The notes beneath the pieces were generated by a model. That model had not been told where the DNA came from, ran no database searches, and was given only the letters and a program-made list of their open reading frames with translations. From Bryobacteraceae bacterium (lineage in GTDB: Bacteria; Acidobacteriota; Terriglobia; Bryobacterales; Bryobacteraceae), in the NCBI GenBank assembly GCA_041946685.1, contig JBHGAV010000010.1, positions 23,370-87,369 on the forward strand: DNA of 64,000 nucleotides. Reading direction: 5' to 3'. Numbering within the stretch: position 1 is the stretch's first letter; each line of letters opens with the position of its first letter. The position numbers were made by a program, and so were the translations under genes. Of the stretch, positions 45,160 to 55,405 are shown piece by piece.

Positions 45160-45882
45160 TCAGGACGCGAGCAGGCGGCTCTTGGGCGTCAGCAGAATCG
45201 AAACCGCCGCGGAGGCGAACTTGAGGTTGCGTAGAAACGCGTTCTTGGATTCCCCTTCGGGACGCTTCACCCACTTGGTAGACACTTCCACGGCGCGGTA
45301 GCCGAGCCGCACAGGCTTCAGCAGGATCTCGGCGCAGAATTCGTGCCGCCCGTATTCCCAGCGCACCTTGCGAAGCACGTCGGACGTGATCAGCTTGTAC
45401 CCGAATGTGATGTCGCAAATCCGGAGACGGTAAAGGACCCGGAAGATCAGGTTGTACCCGTAGTTTAGAACCAGCTTCACGGGGTCGTAGCCGGTGAAGC
45501 CCCCTCCGCTCAGCCAGCGGCTGGCGCACACGATGTCGGCCCCAGTTGCCAGGGCGGCATCCACGAGCTTCCCGGCATCGTCAGGATCGGTTTCGAGGTC
45601 GCTGGACATGATCAGACCGTGCGTGCCGGTCATGTGCGGGATGGCCTCACGGTACGCCCAGCCAATGCCCGGCCTGTCGCTCTGGACGAAGATGCGGATG
45701 TTCGGATCCTGCCCGGGAAGCTGCCGGCAAAGTTCCAGGCACTCCGGGCTCGATCTCGGAGAGACCACGATCAGGATCTCGTGCAGGTATCCGCCAAGAC
45801 TCCGGCAGAGGCGCCCGATGGACTCGGTCAGCAAGTCCGTCTCGGAGTACACGGGCATCAACACGCTCACCTTCATGGTCAC
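45160..45882 (-). CDS. GT2 polyprenyl-phosphate sugar synthase-like glycosyltransferase (DPM1/ArnC/GtrB type)
   Basis: KVSVLMPVYSE, LIMSSDLETDP (the DxD-equivalent) and the C-terminal amphipathic region resemble Ppm1/ArnC-type enzymes. The start is GTG 45882 or ATG 45876. Confidence 0.7.
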   Translation of the reverse strand: MTMKVSVLMPVYSETDLLTESIGRLCRSLGGYLHEILIVVSPRSSPECLELCRQLPGQDPNIRIFVQSDRPGIGWAYREAIPHMTGTHGLIMSSDLETDPDDAGKLVDAALATGADIVCASRWLSGGGFTGYDPVKLVLNYGYNLIFRVLYRLRICDITFGYKLITSDVLRKVRWEYGRHEFCAEILLKPVRLGYRAVEVSTKWVKRPEGESKNAFLRNLKFASAAVSILLTPKSRLLAS

Positions 45883-45886
45883 CTTG

Positions 45887-47026
45887 TCACGACCCGGCGA
45901 TCGTCCTGCATGCGTTCAGCCAAAGCCGCATGTGCCGCGCGGTCTCGTGAAAGAAACCGCGCGCGCTGTCCGTCCAGATGGTCCCGGTCATGCGCTCCAC
46001 CACGTCGTCCAGAGCCTCGCTGAGAGCGCGATATGCCTCCTGGTAGGTCGTGCCGGTAAGCTTGACCTCTCTGAGCCACGGCAGCAGGTCTTCAAGAAGC
46101 AGAATGCAGGGCAATTCCCGCGTGGCGTCCCTGAAATGGTCGTGGCTGTTCCGGATATGGTCCGTGATGGGCGTCCCCACGCGGACGTAGCCGCCCAGGT
46201 GCCTGGCGCACGCCTGGGCGAAATAACCCGAGAAGATGTCCCCATACCGGTCGATCTCCCGACCACCGATGTTGTAGCCCATCCGGATGAAATAGTACGA
46301 AGGAATCGCCTCCCCCCGCAGAGCGGTGTTCTGGCTGTTCACCGGCGACCACGTCGAAGAACCCAGCACCATGGACGGGCCTTTGAAGTACGAGGCTTTC
46401 GACCCGCTCACCAGCCAGGTGATGGCATCGATATCGGGGTCGCGCAGCCACAGACCCGCGTTGATGTGAACCGGCACGCGCTCACGACGGGAACGGACGA
46501 CCTCGGGCATGTGCCTCGCATGGTACGGGAACCCCCGGGGGTAGATGGGTACGGGCCGATCGAGACGCAGCAGATCACAGATGTTCAGGTAGCCCGTAGA
46601 CGAATCGACCACGGTCTGTTCCGCGTCGTCATGGCAGACCACCACGTGCTCGGAAAGGAAGTCCTCGCCCCTGCAACAGAAGTTGTCGTCGTCGATGGAG
46701 ACGAGCAGGTCGGGCTGAAGCTCTAAGGCCATGAGGAAGCCGATGTTCCGCCGGTTGTCGGAGTCGTAGGGTATCGCGTCGGGCGGCATGCCGGCGCGTC
46801 TCAGGAACGCATCCTGCTCTTCGAGGGTGGGGCAAGAGACTCGCAGGCCCCTGGCGCGCAGCACCGCGCAGGTATCGAACGCCTTCGCCGGGGTCTTCCG
46901 ATCCGGGATCACAAAGACGGTGGCCGCCTCCAGATGGCCGAACTCTACGAAATTGGCGTGGTACTGCTCGAGGAGGACCGGATTGGCAATCGTGGTCAGC
47001 ACAACGGCTGCGTTCTTCTGTCCCAT
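45887..47026 (-). CDS. Reversibly-glycosylated-polypeptide (RGP / GT75, UDP-arabinopyranose-mutase family)-like protein
   Basis: Hand alignment to plant RGP1 finds several shared blocks. LVSIDDDNF matches IFTIDDDCF and PRGFPY matches VRGYPF. NAGLWLRDPDIDAITWL matches SHGLWLNIPDYDAPTQL. IDRYGDIFSGYFAQ...HLG..V..G.P matches IGRYDDMWAGWCVK...HLG..VKTGLP. Confidence 0.6.
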   Translation of the reverse strand: MGQKNAAVVLTTIANPVLLEQYHANFVEFGHLEAATVFVIPDRKTPAKAFDTCAVLRARGLRVSCPTLEEQDAFLRRAGMPPDAIPYDSDNRRNIGFLMALELQPDLLVSIDDDNFCCRGEDFLSEHVVVCHDDAEQTVVDSSTGYLNICDLLRLDRPVPIYPRGFPYHARHMPEVVRSRRERVPVHINAGLWLRDPDIDAITWLVSGSKASYFKGPSMVLGSSTWSPVNSQNTALRGEAIPSYYFIRMGYNIGGREIDRYGDIFSGYFAQACARHLGGYVRVGTPITDHIRNSHDHFRDATRELPCILLLEDLLPWLREVKLTGTTYQEAYRALSEALDDVVERMTGTIWTDSARGFFHETARHMRLWLNACRTIAGS

Positions 47027-47043
47027 ACGGGGGTTCCCTTAGG

Positions 47044-48597
47044 CTATGTCGTTGTGCGTCCCGGTTTTCGCTTGTAGATTCTGTAGCTTCCTGCCTGGAA
47101 CACCAGGTCGTGTTCTTCCGTCAAGACCCTCCTGATGTGCGCCGCAACCGCGGCCTGATCAGCGCCGAACCCCTCCCACCAGTGTTGGTACCAGAAGTCC
47201 ACAACTATATAAGGCGTCCTCTTTCCACTGTAGTAGCCCAGCCGCGCATCATCAACAATACGCCTGTACGGAAGCGCGAAGCCGAGGGTAGAATCTCCCA
47301 TGATGGCGGCGTCCTCCCCGGCATGCTGCTTCAGGTATGCCACCGTGGGCACGTATCCCTTCCCGTAATCGTCTGCGCGGATCTGCCCGACCAGCGTCTT
47401 GACGTGCAGAGACACCAGAGTAATGACGATGGCGGCGCCGCAGGCTATACTCCCACGCGTCCGAGGAAATCGCTCCAGCCAGAGCACGAATACCGCCGCG
47501 TAGAGGGGAATGATGTGCACGAGGTAAATTGGAGCCTTGAACCCCACCAGGAAGGTCATGCAAATGAGATACAGAGCTGCCAGCAGCGGAATCTCCCTCC
47601 CGCCGGGCGCCTGCTTAGCCCGGATACCGGCGATCAGCGTGAACAGTGCGAGCCAGTAAAAGGCCGGGACGAGGATCGTCGCTTTGCCTATATAAGGCAT
47701 CCAGAAATACTTCCATCCGTAGTGCGCCACGTAGCGGACAAAGAGCTCTTTCAGGACGGCCCCGTGGGGATCGAGCACTCCGGCGAACCTTGCGCCCGAG
47801 CCGACGCCCGCGTTCGCTCGAAATTGCGCCCAGAAGTAGTCCGGTCTCTGCAAGATGTACGCGCCCCATCCCAGTGCGCCCGCCACGTAGGGCAGTAACG
47901 CATAGAGGTGTCTCGGCCTTAGCCGGCCTCTGTCCAGCCAGATCGTCAGAAAGACTAATCCGGCTCCGCCGAGGAGACCGTTAGGATGCGTGAAGAGCGC
48001 GGCAGCGATGAGACAATGGCCAGCGAGGATCGCCCGCTCGAAGTGTTCTTCCCGCCAGGCGAGATAGCACGCCAAGGCCCCGAAGTTGAGCCCCGCGCAC
48101 ATCATGTCCATGCGGCCGTCGGCGGCACCATCGATGAATGTGAAGTCAATCGCGGTCATCAACAACGCAAGAGACGCGAGCACCCTGTTCCGCGTCAATT
48201 TCTCCACAATCACGAACAATGAAACCAACACGACCAGACCCCATGCGGTCGAGATCGCACGCATGGAGAGCAAACCGAATCCGAACACCTTGAACCAGGC
48301 CGCCTGCATCAATACGTGCAGCGGCATGATCGTATAGGTGTACTCGTTGATCCCCTTCAGGTTCGCGTTGAGGTTGGAGCCGGTGGGTTCCAGGGAGGGC
48401 GTGCCCATGGAGCCGTTGGTCATCAGGTTGTAGGCAGGCGCGGCGATCCACCCCTCGTCCGCCCAGGGGGCCTTTGTGAAGGCCACTGCCACCGAGAGGG
48501 AGAGATAGAATACGGTAGCTGCGATCAAGATCCACGAACCGACAGAGATGCGTCTCATGTCGCGCTGGATGTTCTTCCGGCCGGCTGGTTCGTTCAC
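47044..48597 (-). CDS. GT-C fold membrane glycosyltransferase (ArnT/PMT_2-like)
   Basis: About 11-13 TM helices with an acidic first-loop motif (APWADEGW), similar in size and architecture to ArnT/GT39/GT83 enzymes. The start is GTG 48597 or ATG 48558. Confidence 0.65.
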   Translation of the reverse strand: MNEPAGRKNIQRDMRRISVGSWILIAATVFYLSLSVAVAFTKAPWADEGWIAAPAYNLMTNGSMGTPSLEPTGSNLNANLKGINEYTYTIMPLHVLMQAAWFKVFGFGLLSMRAISTAWGLVVLVSLFVIVEKLTRNRVLASLALLMTAIDFTFIDGAADGRMDMMCAGLNFGALACYLAWREEHFERAILAGHCLIAAALFTHPNGLLGGAGLVFLTIWLDRGRLRPRHLYALLPYVAGALGWGAYILQRPDYFWAQFRANAGVGSGARFAGVLDPHGAVLKELFVRYVAHYGWKYFWMPYIGKATILVPAFYWLALFTLIAGIRAKQAPGGREIPLLAALYLICMTFLVGFKAPIYLVHIIPLYAAVFVLWLERFPRTRGSIACGAAIVITLVSLHVKTLVGQIRADDYGKGYVPTVAYLKQHAGEDAAIMGDSTLGFALPYRRIVDDARLGYYSGKRTPYIVVDFWYQHWWEGFGADQAAVAAHIRRVLTEEHDLVFQAGSYRIYKRKPGRTTT

Positions 48598-48797
48598 CCC
48601 GTCACACTCCTGTCAGCTCCTGGAACCACTGACTCTCCACAAAAGTACGAGTGCGTGTCGAGAAATGTCAAGCGATCTGCCCGGCTTTCAAGCGTCTGTC
48701 GAAGTTGCACGTGATCGCGCTGCGCCGTTGCGGGCACAGGCCGATTCTTGATATAAGCGGGGCGAGCGCGTTGGTTGAGGCGGCTTGCGTTCGTGAA

Positions 48798-49382
48798 ATG
48801 ATCACCATTGCCTGGGACATGGACGACGTCCTGAACAATCTCATGTGGGCCTGGTTCCAGGGGGAATGGCGTCCCACGCACCCGGACTGCGGGCTCCAAT
48901 ACCGGGATCTCACCGAGAACCCCCCGCACCGCATCCTGGGAATCGAGCCCGGCGAGTTCTTGGAAATGATCGACGCCTACCGGGCATCCGATAAGGCGGC
49001 CGATCTCGTACCGAATCGGGAAATCCTGGATTGGCTGGCCGGGTGCGGCTCCCGCTGCCTGCACGTGGTGGTGACCGCGCGCCCCATCGGAAGCCTCCCG
49101 CAGATGAGCCACTGGCTGTTTCGCCACTTCGGCTGTTACGTCCGGGCGCTCGGGGTCGTGCCGGTCCGCCTCAAGCCCGGCGAGGCCGCCTATCATCGCG
49201 GCAAAGGGGAGTTCCTGAAATGGTTCGGCAGAGTGGACGCGATGGTGGATGACAGCGAGGATAACCTCCGTTCCGCCGAGGCGAGCGGCGTGCGCGGCAT
49301 CCTCTTCCCGCAGCCGTGGAACCGCAGCCGGGCATCGGTTTCCGATACATTGGGGTTTCTGAGCGATCTGGTGACAGGCTGA
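48798..49382 (+). CDS. HAD-superfamily hydrolase (5'(3')-deoxyribonucleotidase/NT5C-like)
   Basis: ATG 48798 starts [14 protein letters not shown] (HAD motif I, DxDxV), and a late DD motif is present (MVDDSEDN). Its stop overlaps the next gene's start. Confidence 0.65.
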   Translation: MITIAWDMDDVLNNLMWAWFQGEWRPTHPDCGLQYRDLTENPPHRILGIEPGEFLEMIDAYRASDKAADLVPNREILDWLAGCGSRCLHVVVTARPIGSLPQMSHWLFRHFGCYVRALGVVPVRLKPGEAAYHRGKGEFLKWFGRVDAMVDDSEDNLRSAEASGVRGILFPQPWNRSRASVSDTLGFLSDLVTG

Positions 49383-51046
49383 TGCTTAGATTGCTGGCAG
49401 CGGTACCGCGCGTCCTGCTCGAGAATCCGCTGTTCATTCTGGAAGCGCTCCTGGTAACGGTTGCGCTGCTCATTGCGCTGGAGGGAAAGCCGTGGTTCAG
49501 AGGCGCTCGCCGGGTCTTTCTTGCGCTCGCGCGTCGCCGCGGCCTTGCCGTGGCGGCAGTCGGGCTCTGCGCTCTCGGCGGGCGGCTGACACTGCTGCCC
49601 ATCCTGCCGGTCCCGGTCCCCCATGCCCACGACGAGTTCAGCTACCTGCTTGCGGCGGACACCTTCGCCTCGGGCCGGCTGACGAATCCGACCCATCCCA
49701 TGTGGGTCCACTTCGAAACGATGCACGTCAACCAGAAGCCCACCTATATGTCCATGTACCCGCCCGCGCAGGGCATGACGCTGGCGGCGGGAAAGGTGCT
49801 GTTCGGGCATCCCTGGTGGGGAGTCTGGCTTAGCGCGGGATTGATGTGCTCGGCGATGTGCTGGATGCTCCAGGGCTGGCTGCCGCCCGGATGGGCGCTG
49901 CTCGGAGGACTGGTGGCCGTAGTCCGCCTGGGCCTGTTCAGCTATTGGATGAACAGCTACTGGGGCGGCGCCGTGGCCGCAATCGGGGGAGCCCTGGTGC
50001 TCGGCGCTTTCCCGAGGATCATGCGGCGGCAGCGGGCCTTCGACGCGACGCTGTTTGCAGTGGGCATGGCCATCCTGGCGAACAGCCGTCCCTACGAGGG
50101 GCTCCTGGTGGCGCTTCCCGCGGGGATCGTACTGCTGGCGCGACGGCCGACGTCGCGGGTGATCGCGCCGGTCGCCCTGGTCCTCGTACTCGCCGCCTCG
50201 GCCATGCTCTACTACAACTTTCGTGTCGCGGAGGATCCTTTCCGCCTGCCCTACCAGGTAAACCGCGAGACCTATGTTCAGGCACGCTACTTCGTCTGGG
50301 AATCTGTGAATCCCCGGCCCGTCTACAACCATGCCGCCATGCGGGACTTCTACGTCAACTGGCTGCTCAGGCAGTCACAGTGGGCGAGCACTCCGTCTGG
50401 CTTCCTTCAGAACGCCGTCCACTTTGCGGTCTACTTCTGGGCGTTCTTTCTTGGTCCTCTGCTCACCGTTCCTCTCATAATGCTTCACCGCGTGGCGCGC
50501 GATCGCCGCATGCGGCTGCTTATCGTCACGGCGGCGCTCTCGGTGGTGGGCCTCGGCGCCAACCTGTTCTTCGTGCAGCACTATGCGGCGCCCGCCACTG
50601 CCCTGCTCTATGTCCTTCTGCTTCAAGGATTGCGGCACCTGAGCGCGTGGCGCCCGCCGCTTGCGCCGGCCTTCGCGGCGGTCTGCGCAGTGATGCTGCT
50701 GGTCCGGCTCGGGGCGGAGCCGGTCCGGGCGCGCCTGATGCCGTCGGACCTTGCCACCTGGTTCCACAGCCCGAAGGGGTTCGTCAAGCGGGCTGAGATT
50801 CAGAGCCGCCTGAGCGAGACTCCGGGCACGCACCTGGTCGTCGTGCGCTACAGGGAAGGACACGACCCGGAGCGGGAGTGGGTATACAACGCCGCCGACA
50901 TCGACCGGGCGAAGGTGGTCTGGGCGCGGGAGATGAACGAGGCGAGCAACCGCCGTCTGCTCACCTACTTCAAGGGCCGCCGCAGCTGGCTCCTGGAAGC
51001 CGACCTCGACCCGCCGAGGTTGTCACCCTATCCGCCGCTGGAGTAG
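49382..51046 (+). CDS. Polytopic membrane protein, GT-C-like putative glycosyltransferase
   Basis: ATG 49382 overlaps the upstream TGA. The product has about 11 or more TM helices, a first-loop HDEFSY acidic motif and a soluble C-terminal domain. Family assignment rests on architecture only. Confidence 0.5.
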   Translation: MLRLLAAVPRVLLENPLFILEALLVTVALLIALEGKPWFRGARRVFLALARRRGLAVAAVGLCALGGRLTLLPILPVPVPHAHDEFSYLLAADTFASGRLTNPTHPMWVHFETMHVNQKPTYMSMYPPAQGMTLAAGKVLFGHPWWGVWLSAGLMCSAMCWMLQGWLPPGWALLGGLVAVVRLGLFSYWMNSYWGGAVAAIGGALVLGAFPRIMRRQRAFDATLFAVGMAILANSRPYEGLLVALPAGIVLLARRPTSRVIAPVALVLVLAASAMLYYNFRVAEDPFRLPYQVNRETYVQARYFVWESVNPRPVYNHAAMRDFYVNWLLRQSQWASTPSGFLQNAVHFAVYFWAFFLGPLLTVPLIMLHRVARDRRMRLLIVTAALSVVGLGANLFFVQHYAAPATALLYVLLLQGLRHLSAWRPPLAPAFAAVCAVMLLVRLGAEPVRARLMPSDLATWFHSPKGFVKRAEIQSRLSETPGTHLVVVRYREGHDPEREWVYNAADIDRAKVVWAREMNEASNRRLLTYFKGRRSWLLEADLDPPRLSPYPPLE

Positions 51047-51054
51047 ACCGGACC

Positions 51055-52572
51055 ATGCAGCGCTCACACTTGCTCGTCCCGGCCCTCTTGCTCGTCACGC
51101 TCGCGCCCTCGGCGTACCTGGCCTGGCGTTTCAGAGCGATGCCGCACCTGCGTGCGACCGGCGACGATCAACTCTACCTTGTGTCCGGCAAATCGCTGGC
51201 CGAGAACCGCGGCTACCGGATTCTCAGCCTGCCCGGCGAACCCTTCCAGACCAAGTACCCGGTGCTCTACCCGCTGTGGCTCTCGCTGCTATGGAGGCTC
51301 GCCCCCGGCTTTCCCGGAAACCTGCCGCTGTTCATGCTGGCCTCGTATGTGTTCCTTCCGATCTACGTGATCGCCCTGCGGCGTACTTTTTTGTCGCTGC
51401 GCTTCGAGCCGGCGGAATCCTGGCTGCTCTGCGCTCTGGCGGTCATGAATCCAGCGGTTCTGGCAGCCGCCACTTCGGTCGGCCCCGACCTCGCCTGCTC
51501 CTTCCTGATTCTTGTCGTTCTGCTGCTGTTAGACGACTCAGGCCGGCGCGGACCGGAGCGCGTGGTGCTCGCGGGCGTTTTGAGCGGCGCCGCCTGCCTG
51601 CTGCGTTCGGCGGTTTTCCCGGCGCTTCTGACCGCGCCGCTCTATCTGCTCTGGCGGCGCGGGCGCGCGCGCGCCCTCTTGTTCGTCTCGGCCATGGCGC
51701 CCTTCGTCGTGGGTTGGGGCCTTTGGGCGCGCGCGCACCAGCCGACCGCGGGCGACGCCACGACCCTCTTCTACACGAACTACCTGGGGGATTTCCTGCT
51801 CCACTTCTCCTGGAGCAGGGCGCCCGGTCTCGCCTTGAATAATCTTCGCTCGGTGCTCGAGTATGCGGGGATGTCGGCGGCATTTGTCGCCGCGATAGCC
51901 GCGCCGGCGCTCTTGGGCGGGCTCTCGATCGTGGGCGCCGCGTGGCTCGCCAGGCGGCGTGGCGTCACCCCGTACCACGTCTTCGCCGCCGCCTATCTCG
52001 CGATGCTGGTGATCTGGCCCTACAAGCCGCTGCTGCGTTATCTGTTGCCCGTCCTGCCGCTGATTTCAGCCGGCCTGGGATCTCTCGTGTTGCGGCTGGT
52101 CCGTTCTACAGCTCCTCGACATGCGCGCCCGATGGGATTGGCGGCGCTGTCGGCGTTGTGCTGCGCCTCGGCGGCGCTCGGCTTCTCCACGTATCACGCA
52201 GATCTGCAGAGGTTCGAGTCCGGCCTCGCTGCCGAACGCGCGGCTTACGCGTGGATTCGCGATCACCTGCCCAGCTCCGCGCGGTTTGTGGCGGCACACG
52301 ACGGCGTGTTGTATCTGTATACAGGAAGGCAGGCGACAATGTATGAACCGTTGAAGGAGTTCTATCTGGAGCCCCGCCAGATCGGGACCTGGCGCCAGAA
52401 CCTGCCTCAGTTCGCGCGCAGCCGGGGCGCAGGGTACGCGTTCTGCGACGCGCGTCTGTGCGCGGGTGCGCTGTCCGAACAAGAGACTCCTCTGGCGCGC
52501 GCGGTCCTGAGAGAGCACTACCGCGAGATCTTCCGCATCGGCGAGGTGACCGTGTACGAGCTGGCGGAGTAG
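51055..52572 (+). CDS. Polytopic membrane protein, GT-C/PMT_2-like putative glycosyltransferase
   Basis: ATG 51055 starts MQRSHLLVPALLLVTLAP. The product has a GDDQLY first-loop acidic motif, multiple TM helices and a soluble C-terminal domain. Confidence 0.5.
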   Translation: MQRSHLLVPALLLVTLAPSAYLAWRFRAMPHLRATGDDQLYLVSGKSLAENRGYRILSLPGEPFQTKYPVLYPLWLSLLWRLAPGFPGNLPLFMLASYVFLPIYVIALRRTFLSLRFEPAESWLLCALAVMNPAVLAAATSVGPDLACSFLILVVLLLLDDSGRRGPERVVLAGVLSGAACLLRSAVFPALLTAPLYLLWRRGRARALLFVSAMAPFVVGWGLWARAHQPTAGDATTLFYTNYLGDFLLHFSWSRAPGLALNNLRSVLEYAGMSAAFVAAIAAPALLGGLSIVGAAWLARRRGVTPYHVFAAAYLAMLVIWPYKPLLRYLLPVLPLISAGLGSLVLRLVRSTAPRHARPMGLAALSALCCASAALGFSTYHADLQRFESGLAAERAAYAWIRDHLPSSARFVAAHDGVLYLYTGRQATMYEPLKEFYLEPRQIGTWRQNLPQFARSRGAGYAFCDARLCAGALSEQETPLARAVLREHYREIFRIGEVTVYELAE

Positions 52573-52745
52573 GAACGCCATGCCCGAACTTCCCGGCGCC
52601 TTGCTCGCCGGCCTGATCCGCTAAAGCCCGTCTTTCTCGAGGTCTTTTTGATACTGGCTGCCGGCCGTCGGCGCGAAATGCGGAGTCTCCCTCCTCTCCC
52701 CGTACTCGACGGGCCGGTAAGGCCGGGCCACCTCCTGCAACCAGG

Positions 52746-53885
52746 CTACAGACGCTGCGTTCCCTCGCCGACTTTGACCTCAAGTTTCAAAGTCCGGCCG
52801 TTGCGGTAGATCGTCAGTTCGAGTGTCTCGCCCAGGCGTTTCCTGGCCACGGCCCTATCCAGAGCCGTGGCGGTTTCCACCGCCCGGCCGTCAATCGCCA
52901 TGATGAGATCGCCGCCGACAGGGATCTCGTAGTTGCCGATAAGTACGCGCTGGCGCGCGCCGCGCAGCCCGGCCTGAGCGCCGAGCGAGCCGGGTTGGAC
53001 CGTGAACACCAGCAGCCCGCCTTCAGGGGGCAGGTCGAGCAGTTCGGCAAGATTCCCCGAGATGTACATCCCCCGAACACCGGTCTGCGGCCGCTTCGCC
53101 GCCGTGCGGAAATCTTCGAGCAGCACCTTTGCGCGGTTGATGGGGAGGGCAAAGCCGATGCCCACATTGGCGGCTCCCACAATCATGGTGTTGATCCCGA
53201 TCACACTTCCTTGCGAATCAAGCAGCGGGCCGCCGCTGTTGCCGGGGTTGATCGCAGCGTCGGTCTGGATCATGTCTTCCATGCCCTGGCTGCCCTCGCT
53301 CCGCACCGAGCGATGCAGCGAGCTGATAATGCCGGTCGTGAGCGTTCCCTCCAACCCGAATGGATTGCCAATGGCCAGGACCTTCTGGCCGACTTGAAGA
53401 CCGTCGGAGTCTCCCAGACGCAGGAAGGGAAGCTGTTTCTTGGGTTCAATCTTCAACAGGGCCAGGTCGTTGTCGGGCTCGCGATAGAGAATGCTGGCAT
53501 CGTACTGGCTTCGATCGGCAAGGATGACTTTGATCCGAGCGCCGCGCCCGGCAACAACGTGGTCGTTTGTGAGAATCCGACCGTCCGAGTCAATCAGGAA
53601 ACCGGAGCCGGCGCCCTGAACGGGCACCAGCTCGAAGAACCAGCCTTCGCGATAGACGACCGTGCTGATATTCACCGTCGCCTGGTTGGCCGACTTGTAG
53701 ATTTCGACATTGTTCAGCTCATCCGTGCTCAGGCCGGCGGAGCGTGCATGATCAGGTTCGCTCCACAGGCGCCCCGTGTCGCTCACCGACTGGAATAACC
53801 GCAGCGGCCTCCAGTCGGCCACACTTGTCAGGTAGACAAACGCCGCTACCATCAACAGGGCGAGCACAACGATTCGCATCTTCAT
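52746..53885 (-). CDS. HtrA/DegP-family serine protease with one PDZ domain
   Basis: N-terminal anchor, a catalytic triad context (TNDHVV, NDLALLK, GNSGGPLL) and a C-terminal PDZ domain. Confidence 0.9.
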   Translation of the reverse strand: MKMRIVVLALLMVAAFVYLTSVADWRPLRLFQSVSDTGRLWSEPDHARSAGLSTDELNNVEIYKSANQATVNISTVVYREGWFFELVPVQGAGSGFLIDSDGRILTNDHVVAGRGARIKVILADRSQYDASILYREPDNDLALLKIEPKKQLPFLRLGDSDGLQVGQKVLAIGNPFGLEGTLTTGIISSLHRSVRSEGSQGMEDMIQTDAAINPGNSGGPLLDSQGSVIGINTMIVGAANVGIGFALPINRAKVLLEDFRTAAKRPQTGVRGMYISGNLAELLDLPPEGGLLVFTVQPGSLGAQAGLRGARQRVLIGNYEIPVGGDLIMAIDGRAVETATALDRAVARKRLGETLELTIYRNGRTLKLEVKVGEGTQRL

Positions 53886-54484
53886 ACGGCGCTCCGTAGC
53901 AAATTATAGACCTCCCGCACCTGCCGCATCGTGTCGGCTTCAGAACCGGAGGTATCGATCACATAGTCGGCGACCTTGCGCTTCTCTTCGAGCGGCATCT
54001 GGCGGCGGATCCGGGCCAGCGCCTCCGCGCGGGTGAGGCCGCCGCGTTCGACAGCTCGCTCCAATTGCTGCTCCTCGCGGCATATGGTTAGCACAACCTT
54101 GTCCAGACGCTTGTAGGTGCCCGCCTCGATCATGACCGCGGCCTCGACCACCGCGATCGCCCCGGGCTCCCTCGCCGCGATCTCTGCCAGCAGCCGGTCC
54201 TGCTCCCGGATCACCAGGGGATGAACCAGCCGGTTCAACGCGTCCAGCCGCGCCGGGTCGCTGAAGACAATGGCCGCCAGCCGCTTGCGGTCAATCGATC
54301 CGTCCGCGGCCAGGATCTCCTTGCCGAACTCCTGCGTGATCGGCTCAAACGCCTCCCCGCCCGGCTGCATCAAGGCCCGCCCGATCTCGTCCGCGCTGAT
54401 CAGCCGGCAGCCCAGCGCCGCCAAAGCTTTGCCTACGAAGCTCTTCCCGGTGGCGAGGCCCCCCGTGAGCCCCACTTTCAGCAT
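53882..54484 (-). CDS. coaE: Dephospho-CoA kinase
   Basis: ORF trimmed to ATG 54484 (MLKVGLTGGLATGKS, the P-loop). 200 aa. ATGA overlap with the degP start. Confidence 0.9.
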   Translation of the reverse strand: MLKVGLTGGLATGKSFVGKALAALGCRLISADEIGRALMQPGGEAFEPITQEFGKEILAADGSIDRKRLAAIVFSDPARLDALNRLVHPLVIREQDRLLAEIAAREPGAIAVVEAAVMIEAGTYKRLDKVVLTICREEQQLERAVERGGLTRAEALARIRRQMPLEEKRKVADYVIDTSGSEADTMRQVREVYNLLRSAV

Positions 54485-55401
54485 CCGCGGATTCTCCGCT
54501 CGGCGGCGTCGATGGCGTTGGACATCAACATGGCGATGGTGAGAGGGCCCACGCCGCCGGGAACCGGAGTATACGCGCCGGCGCACTCCTCCATGTCGAC
54601 GGGGTGAACGTCGCCGACCAGGACGCTGCCGTTCTTGTCGAACACGGCCAGCTTCTCCGGCTTCCGCGCGAAGATCGCCTCGGCCCGAGCGCGGTCGTCG
54701 ATGCGGTTCATGCCCACGTCCACGACGGTGGCGCCGGGCTTGATGTATTCGGCCGTGATCATGGCCGCCCGTCCCATGGCCGCCACCAGGATGTCCGCCC
54801 GGCGGCACACTCCGGCCAGATCGGCGGTCTTGGAGTGGCACATGGTCACGGTGGCGTGCTGGTGGAGCAGCAGGAACGCCATGGGCTTGCCGACCAAGTC
54901 GCTGCGTCCCACCACCACCGCGTTCTTCCCTGCGATCGGGATCTGGTAACGCTTCAGCAATTCCATGATGCCCGCGGGGGTGCAGGACCGCAGGCCCGGC
55001 CGGTTGGTCACCAGGTTTCCGACATTCATCGGGTGGAGACCGTCCACGTCCTTCTCTGGAGAAATCGCCAGCAGGACGCGCTTGGCGTCCACCTGCGGCG
55101 GCAGAGGCATTTGCACCAGGATGCCGTCGACCTCGTCCCGGCGGTTCAGTCCCTCCACGATGCCGATCAGTTCCTCCGTCGAGGATGTGGCCGGCGGCGT
55201 GAGCCGCTCGCTCCGAATCCCCAGTCCCTCACAGGCTTTGATCTTGTTTCGCACGTAAATGTGCGAGGCCGGGTCGTCGCCCACCAGGATGACAGTCAAG
55301 CCCGGGGGGCGGCCCAATGCCGCCAGTTCGGCCACACGCTCTTTGGACTCTTTGAGAATCTGATCCCGAATGCGGATGCCGTCCAGAATTGTGGTGCTCA
55401 T
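54478..55401 (-). CDS. folD: Bifunctional methylenetetrahydrofolate dehydrogenase/cyclohydrolase
   Basis: ILVGDDPASHIYVRNK, VQMPLP and VVGRSDLVGKP are canonical FolD blocks. Confidence 0.95.
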   Translation of the reverse strand: MSTTILDGIRIRDQILKESKERVAELAALGRPPGLTVILVGDDPASHIYVRNKIKACEGLGIRSERLTPPATSSTEELIGIVEGLNRRDEVDGILVQMPLPPQVDAKRVLLAISPEKDVDGLHPMNVGNLVTNRPGLRSCTPAGIMELLKRYQIPIAGKNAVVVGRSDLVGKPMAFLLLHQHATVTMCHSKTADLAGVCRRADILVAAMGRAAMITAEYIKPGATVVDVGMNRIDDRARAEAIFARKPEKLAVFDKNGSVLVGDVHPVDMEECAGAYTPVPGGVGPLTIAMLMSNAIDAAERRIRGC

Positions 55402-55405
55402 GAGT

